Shown here piece by piece: positions 18,514 to 39,011 of a DNA stretch of 64,000 nt. Each line of letters starts with the position of its first letter. The first letter of the stretch is position 1. Location: the NCBI RefSeq assembly GCF_009914755.1, contig NC_060925.1. One strand, given 5' to 3'. Both the position numbers and the translations under genes were made by a program. Below the pieces are notes generated by a model. The model saw nothing but the letters and a program-made list of their open reading frames with translations, had not been told where the DNA came from and searched no databases. This DNA comes from the human T2T-CHM13v2.0 reference genome, Homo sapiens.

Positions 18514-18926
18514 TGAGAAAAGAAAAGTGACTCAGGGCATCCTGAGCTCCATGAGGAATGCAGGCTCAGAGATACAGGAGCCCAGGACCTCGGTCATGTC
18601 CCCACACGCATGCCTGGGGGCAATTGTTTAAAGTTACTTTGTTCTTGACTATCTTCTTCACCCAGCGTCTTCATGTTCTTAGAATTTGTGATACAATGAA
18701 TGAGGATAGCCAAACAATACTTACGTTATTTTGCTGTGAATTCTTGGTAAACAACTTAGGTACTGCCTCTTCTTCTCCTTTAAAAACCTGCTTGTAATGG
18801 TTGCTAATTGGAGTGTATATTCAAGGCCACTTGAATCTATGCTTCCAGGTTGCAATCCTCAAGCTTGGCCCAAATAAACTCTCTGCTTACATTAATTTTG
18901 CCTCAGCTTCTTCTTTTAGGTTGACA
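18514..18926 (+). mobile_element. ERV1 (MER4-group) solo LTR, subfamily not assigned
   Basis: TG...CA termini, CCTCAAGCTTGGCCCAAATAAACTCTC poly(A)-signal region, ends TTTAGGTTGACA; near-TSD AGAG/ATAG. Confidence 0.7.
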
Positions 18927-19099
18927 ATAGTGGGTCCTTAAATATGACAAAAGTGTTTAATAACTGACTCTCCCAGGAAAACGCTATTCCCTTGTTATTC
19001 CAACCATTTTGAACATAAAAGTGGATCACTTAGGAAAGGCTTAAAACTTTCATGACTTTACTTTTCCATTTGTGATGAGTTCAGTATATAAATTAAAGG

Positions 19100-19450
19100 A
19101 CTAAATTAGAAGACTAAAATCACAATAGTTTAAACAAAACAAAGAATTGTATTTCCCACTTAGTAAGAGTCCAGGTGTATGTAGTCTAGGGCAGGTAAAG
19201 CTGCCCAGTGCTGAAGATCTAGGCTTATTCTGTCACATTACTGAGTCATCCCACAGTGTCCCCTTCATCTAAGTAGCCCAGTATGGCTCATTTTTACCAG
19301 GTTTGCTTTCTGGGAAACAAGAATGAGGAAAGGGATGGGAGGAAAGTATGTCCTATCCTTTTAAAGATATATGAACATCACTTCCAGATTGGCCAGACCA
19401 TATTCAAAAGGCCACAGCCAACTACCTGTGAGGCTGAGAAATCTGTCCCA
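19100..19450 (-). mobile_element. Old MLT1 (J/K-like) LTR fragment
   Basis: AAAATCAC..TTTAAACAAAAC and ATTGGCCAGA..GGCCAC..GAGGCTGAGAAAT motifs; diverged. Confidence 0.45.
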
Positions 19451-20679
19451 CTGAAATTTCTTATATGGAGAAGAATTTAGGGGATGAGTAAGTTCTTCCA
19501 CCTGAAAGAATAGGTAAATGTCTTTTTTTCTTTAGAAATCTTAATTCAGAACCCAGACATTCCACAAACACCATATTGGAAACTGAGGCCATGTCCTAAG
19601 GCTTGGTGTGATATTCAATAGTCCACTGTAAAATGTGGAGCAGCAGAGCTGATATCCGGCAGTATACCTTGGGTGCTTCATGGTGAATCAGAAAGTCTCC
19701 CTGTGCATTTCAGAGCTGTGGTCATGTCATGTAAGAGCTGTGACAGTATGTTTTTTCTCTCGGTAGGAACAGAAATTGTGAGATAAACATAGGCTATAAA
19801 ACTTTGGAGTGAAAAAAGCACTCTAGGTTGTTACTGGTCATTTCCACTTTCTTTTGGTCTAATTGGACTACTCTTAGCTCCTCTAGCAGTATGTTCATTA
19901 TGGCAGCCTGAATTTACCATTACTAACACAATTCTAATTTCTATTTTATCAGTTGGAAATAATTGCTTTATTTTTTTCTGAATATAAAAGTATTTACTTC
20001 TCTTTATAAATGAGTGTAAAAAGAAAAAAAGTAAAAATATTGTGTAATTTTACCATCCAGAGATAATTCCTGCTAGCATTTTAGTATATATTCCTCCAGA
20101 TTTTGTCAATGCTTAGGGACCATGAACTAATAAGTTCATTACCGCACATTATCTTAAGCACATGCTATCACGCTATTTGGTAACTATGATACTATTTCAA
20201 GTTTTAAGGGAAAATCGCTACAGGGGTTACTTGGAAATCCTCTGGCTTTCTTGGTCCTCTACTTCCTACATGTTCCATCAGAGTCTCTTCCCTAACTATC
20301 CCATGGTAATCTATCACCTTGGTTTGGGGATGCTTAAAACTTTTATGACTTTACTTATACATCTATGATGACTTCAATATATTAATTAAAGTCTGTGGAA
20401 AGGTTTGCTTCTCTCCAACATTCTGATTTGTAGTAACTGAGAGAATAGGTCTTGTGATGCAACTACTCTGAGTCTTTCTCCCATGGGTCCTGAGTGCTTG
20501 TTGCTGGGCTGTTCACCTCTTGGCTGAGAAATATTCCATATATTATTTATATAGCTACAGTCTCTTAGGCATACTCAAGAAAAGAAAGAAACTTTACTCT
20601 CCACTTTTTAACAGAAAAATAAACCATTTATTAAGGACTTCACTGAAAAACATCTCCTTATAGCTGAGGATTAGCTAAC

Positions 20680-21020
20680 TGTATAAGTCTGTTCTCACAC
20701 TGCTATAAACACATACCTGAGACTGGGTAATTTATAAAGGCGAGGTTTAATTGACTCAGTTCCACATGGCTATGGAGGCCTCACAATTGTGGCAGAAGGC
20801 AAAGGAGAAACAAAGGCACATTTAAAATGGCAGCAGGGCTTGTGCAGAAGAACTCCCATTTATAAAACCATCAGATTTTGTGAGACTTATTCACTACCAC
20901 AAGAACAGTATGAAGGAAACCACCCCCATGATTCAGTTATCTCCACCTGACCCCACCCTAGACATGGGATTATTACAATTCAAGATGACATTTGGGTGGA
21001 GATACAGCCAAACCATACAA
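20680..21020 (-). mobile_element. THE1D-like solo LTR
   Basis: TGTATAAGTCTGTTCTCACACTGCT...CAGCCAAACCATA; near-TSD CTAAC/GTAAC. Confidence 0.88.
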
Positions 21021-21088
21021 GTAACTAAGCTGTTACAGAGAAATGTTATGCCCACTCTTGTGTAAGTTTTATTTTCCTGATATTCTGA

Positions 21089-21316
<228 letters not shown>

Positions 21317-21416
21317 TGAGGGATGTCTCCTGTTTTATCATCCAGTGTTGCCGTTGAAAAACATGTTGTCATTCAACTTCTTACTTCTAGAATAAAATAG
21401 TCAATTTTATTCTGTT

Positions 21417-26994
<5,578 letters not shown>

Positions 26995-29620
26995 CAATTT
27001 TATTCTATTATAAAATGCTTTCATAAGCTTTTAGGATCCTTCTTTCCAGCTTCAAAAAACTTAGGAGTATGTGCCTAAGTGTGGGTCTTTTTTTTTTTTT
27101 TACCTTATATTGCTGAATATTTTTAATTTGAAGGCCTGTGTTTTTTCTTATCTTTGGTAAATAGTCTTATATTATTCCTTTGACTAATGTCTCTCCTATA
27201 TTCCTGTATTATCTCTGCTCTTTCTCTAAAAATTCTTTTCTTTCTTTCTTTGTTTTCTTTCTTTAAGTTCCAGCTCAATAGACCTGAACATTTTTTTCAA
27301 AGTACATTTGGCCTCCTTATTTGATTTTCCATGTCTCATAACTCTCTTTTATATTCTTAATACTTTGTCTTTGTGCTTTACATTCTGGGACATTTTCTCT
27401 TATTGCATTCAGTATTTTTGTATTATAGAAACATCATATTGAGACAACAGGGTATATAAGTTATGATATCCCTTCTTAGCAACATATACATTAAGAATTA
27501 GAAATTATAACTTTCCCAAGTAACATTAATTTGTCCTCACCAAATTTTAAGTAATTGTCTACTGTAACTATATAATATCTCAGTTAGAATTGGCTTAGAG
27601 CCAATCTTCAGGGCCATAAAATAAACTAGAATTTCATGAATGATAGCTAAGTGAATATAACTAGGCTGAAATAACTTTAAAATGCTAGAAAACTTAAAAT
27701 GAAATATGAGCAATTTAAATTCAGTTGAGGTCATACACAGCAGAATTGAAGCTACAGAAAGACAACTCAATGTTTGATTAAAAAATTAACATGTTTTTCT
27801 AGAATACAGAAATTTTAAAAGGATTGGATATAAAATAGATATGTGAAACAGAAAAAAAGAGAATTACAATATATATTATAGATTTTTTTGAAGTAGAAAT
27901 GGATTAAAGTTCAGGACCCACATCTCTGTTTCTTAATGTAGTTTTTCTCAGTAGCTGATATACAAATAAGCACATTGAAGCTACTTGTTGGAAGAAATTG
28001 CAGCCATTGCTCTGTCTTTCTGGCTTCCCTCTTTTGCCTGCTTAGGGAGTTTTTCCAAACACTGATGAGGTAAAGGGAGCTCTGGGGCCACAGCAGCTGT
28101 TCAGCATTGGAAGGCTTTGCAAAGGAATCCTAGGACAGTTCACCCTAGACCTTGAGGTCAACATTTTTTTATTTCCCATTTACATATGTTCTAGATTTCT
28201 TTTTCTTGCTGTTGGAGTAGTAAGAGGCAAGCCTTGGGAAGAGCAAACCTGTTTTGACTTCTCAGGAGTCTGCACTATTGTAGGCAAGAAATATTTATTC
28301 ATGTGATGATTTTTAACTCCTTGGAGAACTAGCACTAGATAGGGGTTAACTAAATTTAAGATAGTAGTTGAGAATTTTAAAGTATTCCTTTGCCAATATT
28401 TTTCCCTAGGAACAAATTATCTTTCTTTTGTGATGCTTAGAAAACTGTGACTACTTAAGCCCAAGTGTGTTTGTTCAGGATCCTTGTTCCTGAGGACTCT
28501 TTCTCTCTTAATATCTAGCATTTCCTTTTTAAGTGCTAGTTAAATGCAAATAGAGCAGATCATATTGGCATATAAAAGGGCTCGATATTTGATTAGCAAA
28601 AGTCAAATTTTTTTAGATTACGTTTTTATTGCAGAGACTGAGAATCCTGTAAGGTCTCTGAGAATGGAGCAGGATTTTCAGAGATCTTCCACAGAAATGG
28701 TAGATCAAATTACATTGCACGAAGTATGGGGCTTTTGAGTTTGTGATTGTTTCTTTTAGTTTTCCTCCAACTTTGTTTAAGAAGAAATCACATTCCTCCA
28801 GTAGTAAGAATATTTATTCTTTATCTGTTCATTGGGAAATTGATAAATTCCACTATTCCTTCCCTCTGGGTCTGTAACATCCACAGCCACTATCAGGGAT
28901 TGTTTAACATCCACCAAAGACTCTAAATGGGGAAATAAAGCAGAGTGCCCTCTCAGATGTTTCTCAGTCAAGGCTCACAGATCACAAGAGACTGGATCTT
29001 GTGCCTAACTCAATCCCAGAGATCAGGGCTTCTCAATGCTCAAACCAGAATCAATTTGAGAACATAAGGAAGGTTTGCATCAAAGATTCAAAGACAAGCC
29101 ACATGCATCTTGAGGAATTAGTACAATTATGATGTTCTGTTTGACCTGAAAGAACACAGAAATTGATGAATTGATAAAGGAAAGAATAAAAATTTCTAAG
29201 GCAGCCAGTCTAGTGCCATCTGCTTCTGCTTAGCAGTAACTTTCCCTAAAGCCCCACAAGTAGAAAAGAAATCTTATTATTATGCTAATTTACAGGTGAA
29301 AGAAGTGAATCTTAGAGTAACTTGCCCAATGTCAAACAGCTAGTATCTGAGCTGTTGTGATGAATTACAAGGCTCATATACTTTCTAATTTGCCATCACA
29401 TCTCACAATTAAAATATTATGTGATAAGTGCTGGATGTAGGTAAGCCTGGGGAACTATGGTTTCAAATATGCCAAGGAGGGCAGTCATGAAATAGTTATC
29501 AAGGTCAGTGACTTATAAATTAAACACTCAGAATATGTTTATTTCCTAGAGTAGTGACTGCCACAAATAGGCTATCAAGGAGTAACATTCATAAGCGTAA
29601 TCAAAAAAATACATATATGG

Positions 29621-29935
29621 GGCCAGACGCGGTGGCTCTCACCTGTAATCCCAGCACTCTGGGAGGCCGAGGCAGGTGGATCACTAGGTCAGGAGTTCGA
29701 GACCAGCCTGACTAACAAGGTGAAACCCTGTCTCTACTAAAACTACAAAAATTAGCCAGATGTGGTGGTGGGCGCCTGTAATCCCAGCTACTCGAAGGCT
29801 GACGCAGGAGAATCACTTGAAGCCAGGAGGCAGAAGTTGCAGTGAGCTGAAGTTGCAGTGAGCTAAAGTTGCACCACTGCACTCCAGCCTGGGTGAAAAA
29901 GTGAGACTCTGTCTCAAAAATAAATAAATAAATAA
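29621..29935 (+). mobile_element. AluS (Sg-like) with an internal 16-bp tandem duplication and a (TAAA)n tail
   Basis: Full dimer; GAAGTTGCAGTGAGCT twice at 29833-29864. Confidence 0.95.
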
Positions 29936-32729
29936 AAATAAATATAATTTTAAAAATATGGTGCTATATTCAACAAAGTAAATGGTACAATCAGGAGAAT
30001 CTTAGTTTCCATGTTCAGAGAGCAGACTTCTGATGGAATCTCTCCTTCCATGCAGATACAGGAAATGAGAAAAAGGGATAACATGGTAGCAATGCAGATG
30101 ACACAGCAGAACTCTCTTTATGAAAAAGAAAGAGTGCCTTTAGGAGAAATAAAGTATCTGGCCTGTATATACACGTTAATGTTTGTTAGAATTTTTTTGT
30201 TTCTTTGTTTTTGTATTTGTATTTTAATCAAATGCTCCCAGATCAAGCAGGAAATTGTAGAGAGGATGATGAGATCCCAGCTGCTGCCTCCAGGGAGGGA
30301 TGAGTGGTTTTGCCAGCAGCTGAGAAACCTCATGTAACAGCTGATAGGTCAAGATCACAAATGGATAAATCCACCTCTACTCCTATCCTATAGGATTTTA
30401 ATTCATTGAGGTCTTAGTTTGTTTCTGACCCAAATAAAATATACAGGACTCTCTTCTTACTTTCTTTTCATGTTTTATTTCCTGTCTTTCTTTTGTTTCT
30501 ATGAATCATGTATTCACAATAAAACTGGCTGATTTGAAAAATCCACATACTCCAAAATGTAATTATTCCGTTCAACAACAGTCTTTTCATACATAAAGGC
30601 TTACTTCATCTTCCTATTGGGGTCACCCATCTGGCTGTCCTGGTGAGAGAAAAAGAAGCTTTAATAAGAAGATTCTCTTTGGTCAGAGTAAATGAAAACC
30701 ATCAAGAGAAAACTCGAGCAGGGTTAAGTGTAACTAACAGTGCAGTTTCCCTTTTTGATCTTTCCTCCACCCCCTCAGTAAGCCAATTCATTCTTCCAGG
30801 TGTGGAGCACTGAGATGAATCCTAGCACTGATCTGTAGCTCTTCTCTAGAATATTACAAAGTGTTTACAAATTCATTTCCATCCACCCATTGTCTGTTGT
30901 CCTTGGACAGTTTTCCTCTTTTCATTTGTTACCCATTGTGCTTGTTTTGTTTCTTGGTTTAATTTTTCTTTTATCAGATTTCATTATGTTTCTGTAACTC
31001 CCACTTTATCTCCCATTCCTTTTTAAACAGGCACCTAAGTGGAAATAACTGTGTTTGCTTCTGTAGAACATAGTGGTTATATTCATAAGATTTTAAAAGA
31101 ATAAGTACAAGGTCTCTGGTTTAGAAGTCTCTTCAAGAACAATGCTTATCATAAGGACAATCCGTAAGTAAGTGTTCTGTAAACATTTGTTGAAAAAAAT
31201 AAATGAAGCAGACAGAAACTCAGTTTTTCTTTTTCCTCACTGTCAATCTATGCTCTCTGTCTTCAAAACTTAACTCCTTCCAAATGCTATCCAGGCAAAA
31301 CCCACACAGCTGCATGTATCTCTACTTGACATCCCTTGATATCAAACTTAATGGAGAAAGGATATTAATACTTATGAGGTACCACCTACCAATGTCAGGC
31401 TCCAAACTAAGTAGTTTTCACGTGACATATTTAAATCCTCTCAAAATTTTCCCTTATAGAGAGAACAAAATAGTGACTCAGAATGGTTAAGATTCTCTCA
31501 GTTTGTATGTAGAAAATCACAAATAATCATTGCTTCCAACAGAACACCTAAAGAATTTTTTGGAGAGAGTACAGAGAAATTATAATTTTTAATACCCATC
31601 AGAGAGGTGAGGTGAACAAAAAAGTTAAAGGAACTAAATTTCAGAGCTCTACAAGCTCTTTCCAGGAGAAAAGGCAACTCCTGATAAGTTCATCCATAGA
31701 AACATAGTGGCAGAAGATGCAGGCCCAACATAGATGGTGAAATTTACAGGGTAAGGAGAAGCCAGCCAAACTTTTAAAGGGCACACACAGGCTGGCATGA
31801 CATTAAAATCTTAAGGAACTCCAGATGCAGAGCAAGTTTGTACCCACCTGCCAATTCTTTCTCAGAGCAGGTCAGAGAAAGATGTATAAAATGATGAAAG
31901 CTGGAAATAGGACTGCAGAGCAGAGAAAGTTTCCTGTTAATGTTAAAAGCAATACATATAAAGCACTAAGACATCATAAGATTTTTATGGGTGCCTAAAT
32001 CAGTCAAGTTCTGCTTGAGTGAGAGTCCTAAGAGGGCCCTCAAATTACTTGGAACAAGTAGTGCCTTGAAATTTACTCAAACTCTAACCCCTCCCAGATG
32101 CAGCTAAATTATCGATTAGAAAAAAGATCATACTAGACTAGGGGGATAAATATCATTTACTTCAATCTCTATACCATCTCTATTGAGTTGCTTTCAACCA
32201 GAAGTCTCCTAATCTAGATCACAAAATGACTGTGGGCAAGGTCTGTGTCCTCTAAGTCAATTCCATTCTGTGTAATCCCACTTTGAGGTGTCTTCATACA
32301 AAAATCCTGACATACATGTGGTCAAAATTGATGAGATCTACACTGAAAGTCAATTCAGATGGAGAGGCTGATAGATGCAAAGACAGGTACAGATATAGAT
32401 GTGCTTTAGAGCCTTTTTGGTTGGATTTTCAACTAGTCTTAGTGATCCTATGTCCTTTCATTTTCCCTCCCAGATTCCACATTTACTACTTCTTTGATCC
32501 ATTAGAGCAGGAGTCTCAAAAATCAAATGTCTTCTATAACCAGGAAGGTAAACTAACTGTATTGAGCCAAATCAGCTGCTTAATAAGGCAATAGAGAGTA
32601 ATAAGAAATGCAAACATGCAAAGAGATGCAAAGTTATGCCATGCCAAAATGTGTTCAAATTCATGTATATTTTTAACAGTCTCCTGACCAAGAAAGATCT
32701 GTTTCTTACACCACCAGTTTGTCCTATGA

Positions 32730-32990
32730 AAAGAGCACAGTGGTTAAAAACCCACAGTTTTTGATGGCAGACAAAACTGGTTTCAAAGTCTAGCTCTGCC
32801 ACTTGCTGACAGTTTTAACACAGGCCCTGTCATTGACCACTATCAGTCTTAGATCCCATTTTAATCAAAGGATAATAATAATAACACCTACTCCACATGT
32901 TGTAGTATGGAACAAATAATGAGGGAATGTGTATAAATTGCTTTGAACAGCACCTGATACATAGTGAATTCTCAATATATATGAACTCTT
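32730..32990 (+). mobile_element. MIR SINE
   Basis: CACAGTGGTTAA..TTCAAAGTCTAGCTCTGCCACTTGCT..GGATAATAATAA..CACCTGATACATAGT. Confidence 0.7.
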
Positions 32991-33011
32991 ATTAGTATGA
33001 ATGAATCATGC

Positions 33012-33756
33012 TGAAAATATCTTTGCAAAATTATCACAGTAAGAGAAATCTGACATAGTTGACTCCATCTTGCTTCTAACCTCCAAGCTGTCCTTGGTCA
33101 TTCCTGGGCACAGGCCAAGCTAATTTGGAGAGGAATTTAGTTTATAGTTTATCCTTAAAGCAAGGATGACAGTAGTGCTTCCCAAAACTAAATCACTTTT
33201 GTAAAACTAATAAAAAGGCTCAAGGTTAGGATTATGAGAGGGACCTAAATTCTGAAAAGATGTAGGTATATTTTCTATAATTCATTACTGCTCAGGAGTC
33301 ATGTGGCCAGAGGTCACAAGAATTGTGACTTCCCCAATTCCTCCTACAGATAACATCACTATTGTAGATCCTGAGATTAGTCTTTTGAGATTTTTTTTTT
33401 AAATCAGGCTGTGCATTCTTGCAACTTAGGGACCCTACCTGGACACGTGACTCATGACTCAACTGGTCCTGTGGCCCCACCCAGAGGTGGACTTAGTGTA
33501 CAGAGATAATTTTCTATGCCCTTATGATTTCATCCCCAACCAATCAGCAGCACCCATTCCCTATCTCCCTGCCCACCAAATCGTCCATAGAAACCCCAAC
33601 CTCTGAGACTTTGGGGAGGCTGGTTTGAGTGATAAACCAGTCTCCCATGTGGCTAGCCTCATGTCAATTAAAACCTTTCTCTACTACAATGGCACTGTCT
33701 CAGTGAATTGATCATTGTCTATGGAGTGGACAGGAAGAACCCATTGGGCTATTACT
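33012..33756 (+). mobile_element. LTR8A-like ERV1 solo LTR
   Basis: TGAAA..CTTTGCAAAATTAT..GACTCCATCTTGCTTCTAACCTCCAAGCTGTCCTTG..; ends GAACCCATTGGGCTATTAC. Confidence 0.85.
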
Positions 33757-34453
33757 ATAACCAAGTTTTCCAAAAAGTTTTTACAGTTAAGTTTTCAAAT
33801 GTATTCTTAATAGGATCTAGAAAGATTTATTTTAAATGCTCCTGGGATTTTATTATTAGGATTCATGCTTGCAGTTATTCATACAAATATAGTATATATG
33901 ATCATGCAGGAAACCAGAATATGCCACCCCAAAATATGCCTCTTTGCCATAAGAATTATTTTGAGCTGATTATTTTTAGAAATAGCTAACACATAAGAAG
34001 CCCTGAAAAGAGAGTAGAAATTACCCTTTTGTAAGAGCAATTTACATTTATAAAGGAAATCTGCATTTGTAAGGATGTCTCTCTTTCTGTATCAGCAGAA
34101 GGATGACTAAATCACCAGAAAATCTTATCAATGGAAAAGTAACCAATTTAAATCTGCATAACAAACCTTACTCTTGTTTTACTCTACTTTTTCTGGTTAC
34201 CTCCCTAACCAGCCTTCCCTTACCCTCTTTTCTTTGTTTCCTCTGAGGATGGTATTTAAGTCTCAATTCTAAGCCACCTCTTTGAGATTTACGCACTTCT
34301 TTGGGTATCTCCCATGTACAGTCATACACCACATAACAACCTTTTAGTAAACAACAAACCATGTATATGACAGTGGTCCTACCTTTGCTGAAAAATTTCC
34401 ATCGCCTACTGATGTCATAACCATCATAACATCACAGTGCAACACATTGCTCA

Positions 34454-35220
34454 TGAGGACTAAACTCAGAGTTTTATCTTGCCCAAATTCCTATCTAAGG
34501 GGTTTTGGGAGTTATGCCCTACAAATCATAAATTCTCATCAGATGAGTTTTATTTAACCCTATATATCATGACTTACTTTTCCAACCCAACTCTGGCATA
34601 ACATTACAAGACAAGGAAGAAAATCAAAATATTTTACCCCAACCATGTTTCTTTGCCATATCTTGAAATGGCTTTGCAAAGCTGTCCTTTATAGGGGGAA
34701 AATTTGCACCTGTAAAGAATCTCTGATAACATAGCTAGATCTTTTTATTCCAGGCCCTCCCAATCGTAAAAAGATTAACTAAAAGTCTAGCACCTTTTAA
34801 AGATCTAAATAGGAAACATTTGTCATCTATTGTCTCTAAGGACAGCCACTATAAGACTTCAAAAGAACCCTGGTCTCCACAATCTTTTATCTTAACCTGA
34901 ACATTTCCTTTCTATCAAACCCCGGTCTTTAGACAAACTCAACCAATTGTCAACTAGAAAATGTTTAAATTTACCTATAGCCTGGAAGCCCGTGCTTTGA
35001 GTTGTCCCACCTTTCTAAACCAAACCAATGTATTTCTTAAATATATTTGATTGATGTCTCATGCCTCCCTAAAATGTGTAAAACCAAGCTGCGCCCCAAA
35101 CACACTGGGCACATGTTCTCAAGACTTCCTGAGGGCTGTGGCATGGGCCATGGTCATTCATATTTGGCTCAGAATAAATCCTTTCAAATATTTTACAGAG
35201 TTTGACTCTTTTCCTTGACA
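34454..35220 (+). mobile_element. MER4E-like ERV1 solo LTR
   Basis: TGAGGACTAA..TCTTGCCCAAATTCCTATCTAAGGGG ... GGCTCAGAATAAATC..TGACA; perfect 4-bp TSD CTCA. Confidence 0.9.
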
Positions 35221-35614
35221 CTCACATACTTGTGGTGATGCTGGTGTAAAGAAACCTACTGCATTGTCAGTCATATAAAATTATAGCACATACAATTAGG
35301 TATGATACATAATACTTGATAATAAATGTATTACTGGTCTGTGTATTTACTATACTATACTGTTTATCATTATTTTAGAGTGTACTCTTTCTACTTATTA
35401 TAAACGTAAGTTCATTGTAAAACAGTCTCAGGCAATTCTTCAGGAGGTATTCCAGAAGAAGCCATTCAGAGGAGATAGCTCCATGCATGTTATTGCCCCT
35501 GAAGACCTTCCAGTGGGACAAGACATGAAAAGACAGTGATATATATAACCCTGACTCTCTGTAGCCCTAGGCTAATGTGTGTGTTTGTGTCTTAGTTTTT
35601 GACAAAAATGTTTA

Positions 35615-35980
<366 letters not shown>

Positions 35981-36344
35981 TTATATATTTTTGCACAGCT
36001 GTACAAAGTGTTTATGTTTTAAGCTAAGCCTTATTACAAAAGAGTCAAAAAGTTAAAATTGGAAAGTTTGTAAAGTAAAAAAGTTTTGATAAGTAAGGTT
36101 AATTCATTATTAAAGAAAGAAACATATTTTAATGAACTTAGTGTAGCCTAAGTATGCAGTGTTTATGAAGCTTACTGTACAGTAGTGTACATTACTGTGC
36201 AAAACTGTTCAGTAATGTCCTAGGTCTTAACATTCACTCCATGACTTACCCGAGGGAAACTTCCAGTCCTGCAATCTCCATTCATGGTAAATGCCCTATA
36301 TAGGTGTGCCATTTTTACCTTTTATACAGTATTTTTACTGTGCC

Positions 36345-36651
36345 TTTTTTTTTTTTTTTTTTTTTTTTGGAGACCGATTCTCACTCTGTCACCCGGGCTG
36401 GAGTGCAGTGGCGCGATCCCGGCTCACTGCAACCTCTCCCTCCTGGGTTCAAGGATTATCCTGCCTCAGCCTCCTGAGTAGCTGGGATTACAGGCACACA
36501 CCATCACGCCCAGCTAATTTTTTGTATATTTAGTAGAGACGAGATTTCGCCATGTTAGCCAGGCTGATGTCGAACTCTTGACCTCTGGTGATCTACCCAC
36601 CTCGGCCTCCCAGAGTACTGGGATTACAGGCATGAGTCAGCAAGCCCTGCC
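36345..36651 (-). mobile_element. AluS (Sx-like)
   Basis: Poly(T) then reverse Alu; TSD TACTGTGCCTTTTT at 36336 and 36652. Confidence 0.95.
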
Positions 36652-37592
36652 TACTGTGCCTTTTTTATGTTTAGATATATTTTGATACATAAATACCTAC
36701 CATTGTGTTATAATGTCTACGGTATTCAGCAAAGTAACATGCTATACAGTGTTGTAGCCCAAGAGCAATAGGCTATATCATGTAGCCTGGGTGTATAGTA
36801 GGCTCTACCATCTAAGTGTGTGTAAGTATACTCTATGATGTATGCAGAGCAATCAAATCACCTAATGACACATTTCTCAGACAATATCCCTGCATTAAGT
36901 GATATATGACTTTATATATAAAATATACATGTTAAAAAACTTCTGCTTGTTTTTCTCCTGTTAATCTGTCTTTTGTTACAGGGGTTTCCATCTGAGAACT
37001 CAGAAAGAATAAGAGAAAACTATTTTTCCTTTCCTATAATCATATATTAAGTACAATACGTATCATGCATATTAACAATAATGACTTACTGATGGTTCGT
37101 GGTTAGTACATTGTTTAATAATGGCATCTAGATATTTTCTGTCATGTATATGGAGATCCAGTAATTTCTATATTTTTGGAAGCATTTTTCCCTTAGAAGT
37201 GTGCTGTTCTGGATATATACCCCTGGAATATTATTTTCATAATTATTGATCATTTTACAGACCCTTTCTTATTAAAACAACATAACTATTCAATAAAAAA
37301 ATCTAAATCCAATGACAAGATTTCTTCAGGAAGTAACAAGTGAAATAAAAATGAAGCAGTATTATGGCTCATTTTATGTTATTTTATCCAGCTGTCATGT
37401 TAATACATTTCTGTTGACACAGTAAACCTATGGCTGCTGTTTCAATGGCTAAAAGCCTATTTATATGCACCCTATCAATGTTTTATGAATAGATTTCCCA
37501 TCATATCTTGACTTAGAGCAAGATGTGTTACTTTCCTGAAGGATATCTTCTGTGATCACAGTCTCTTGATGACTTTTAAAATAAGGACTTTA

Positions 37593-38440
<848 letters not shown>

Positions 38441-38705
38441 AAAATAAGGACTTTAAAGACTCCCATTATAAAATGGGGTTATTTTCTGAAATGTGTATTG
38501 ATCATTTATATATAATAATTTTTCTATGCAAATGTTTCACATAAACATTTGCTAAGGTCTCATAATATCACTAAGAAATAATAACAATTTATTTGATAAA
38601 TATTTTTTGACAAGCTACTCTGTTCCAGAACCAGACAATACAATGGTAAACAAGATTGACGTGGTCCCTGATCTCCTGGAGCTTACTATCTAATGAGAAA
38701 GACAT

Positions 38706-39011
38706 TGTTAAAAAATAAGCTTAGTTGCATTCAAATTTTAAAGAGTTTATTTGAGCATTCAGTGATTCATAAATCGGGCAGCACTGGACTGCAAATAGTT
38801 TGGCACTCCGCTGGAGAAGTGAGAAAGGAAACTTATGAAGTGTTGGCACAAGCAAGACAAACAATTATATAATTGGTTAGAGTGGCAAGTTCCTAGTTGG
38901 AGGTTAGTTGATAGTTTCTCAATGGCTAGAGGTTTGATTTGCTTTGGTAGGAACTCAAAGCGCTAGAGCCATGCCAATCTAATAGCCCCCCAGTTACAAT
39001 TATTTTTAACA
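38706..39011 (-). mobile_element. MER93-like ERV1 solo LTR, within L2 remnants
   Basis: Reverse complement starts TGTTAAAAATAATT..GGCTCTAGCGCTTTGAGTTCCTAC; near-TSD ACAT/GCAT. Confidence 0.7.

Noticed and set aside
19072-19079. Box C-like RTGATGA in both copies of the 60-bp repeat (snoRNA?)
   Set aside because: No matching box D (CTGA) with a terminal stem is conserved between the copies.
20760-20780. PRDM9 hotspot 13-mer (CCNCCNTNNCCNC) in THE1 LTRs
   Set aside because: This copy reads CCTCCATAGCCAT (last base mismatched); the other THE1 copies have CCTCCCCAGCCAT and lack the key T.
28620-28740. Acceptor-like TTTTTATTGCAG and a 64-aa ORF
   Set aside because: Only weak donors follow and the peptide has no recognisable homology.
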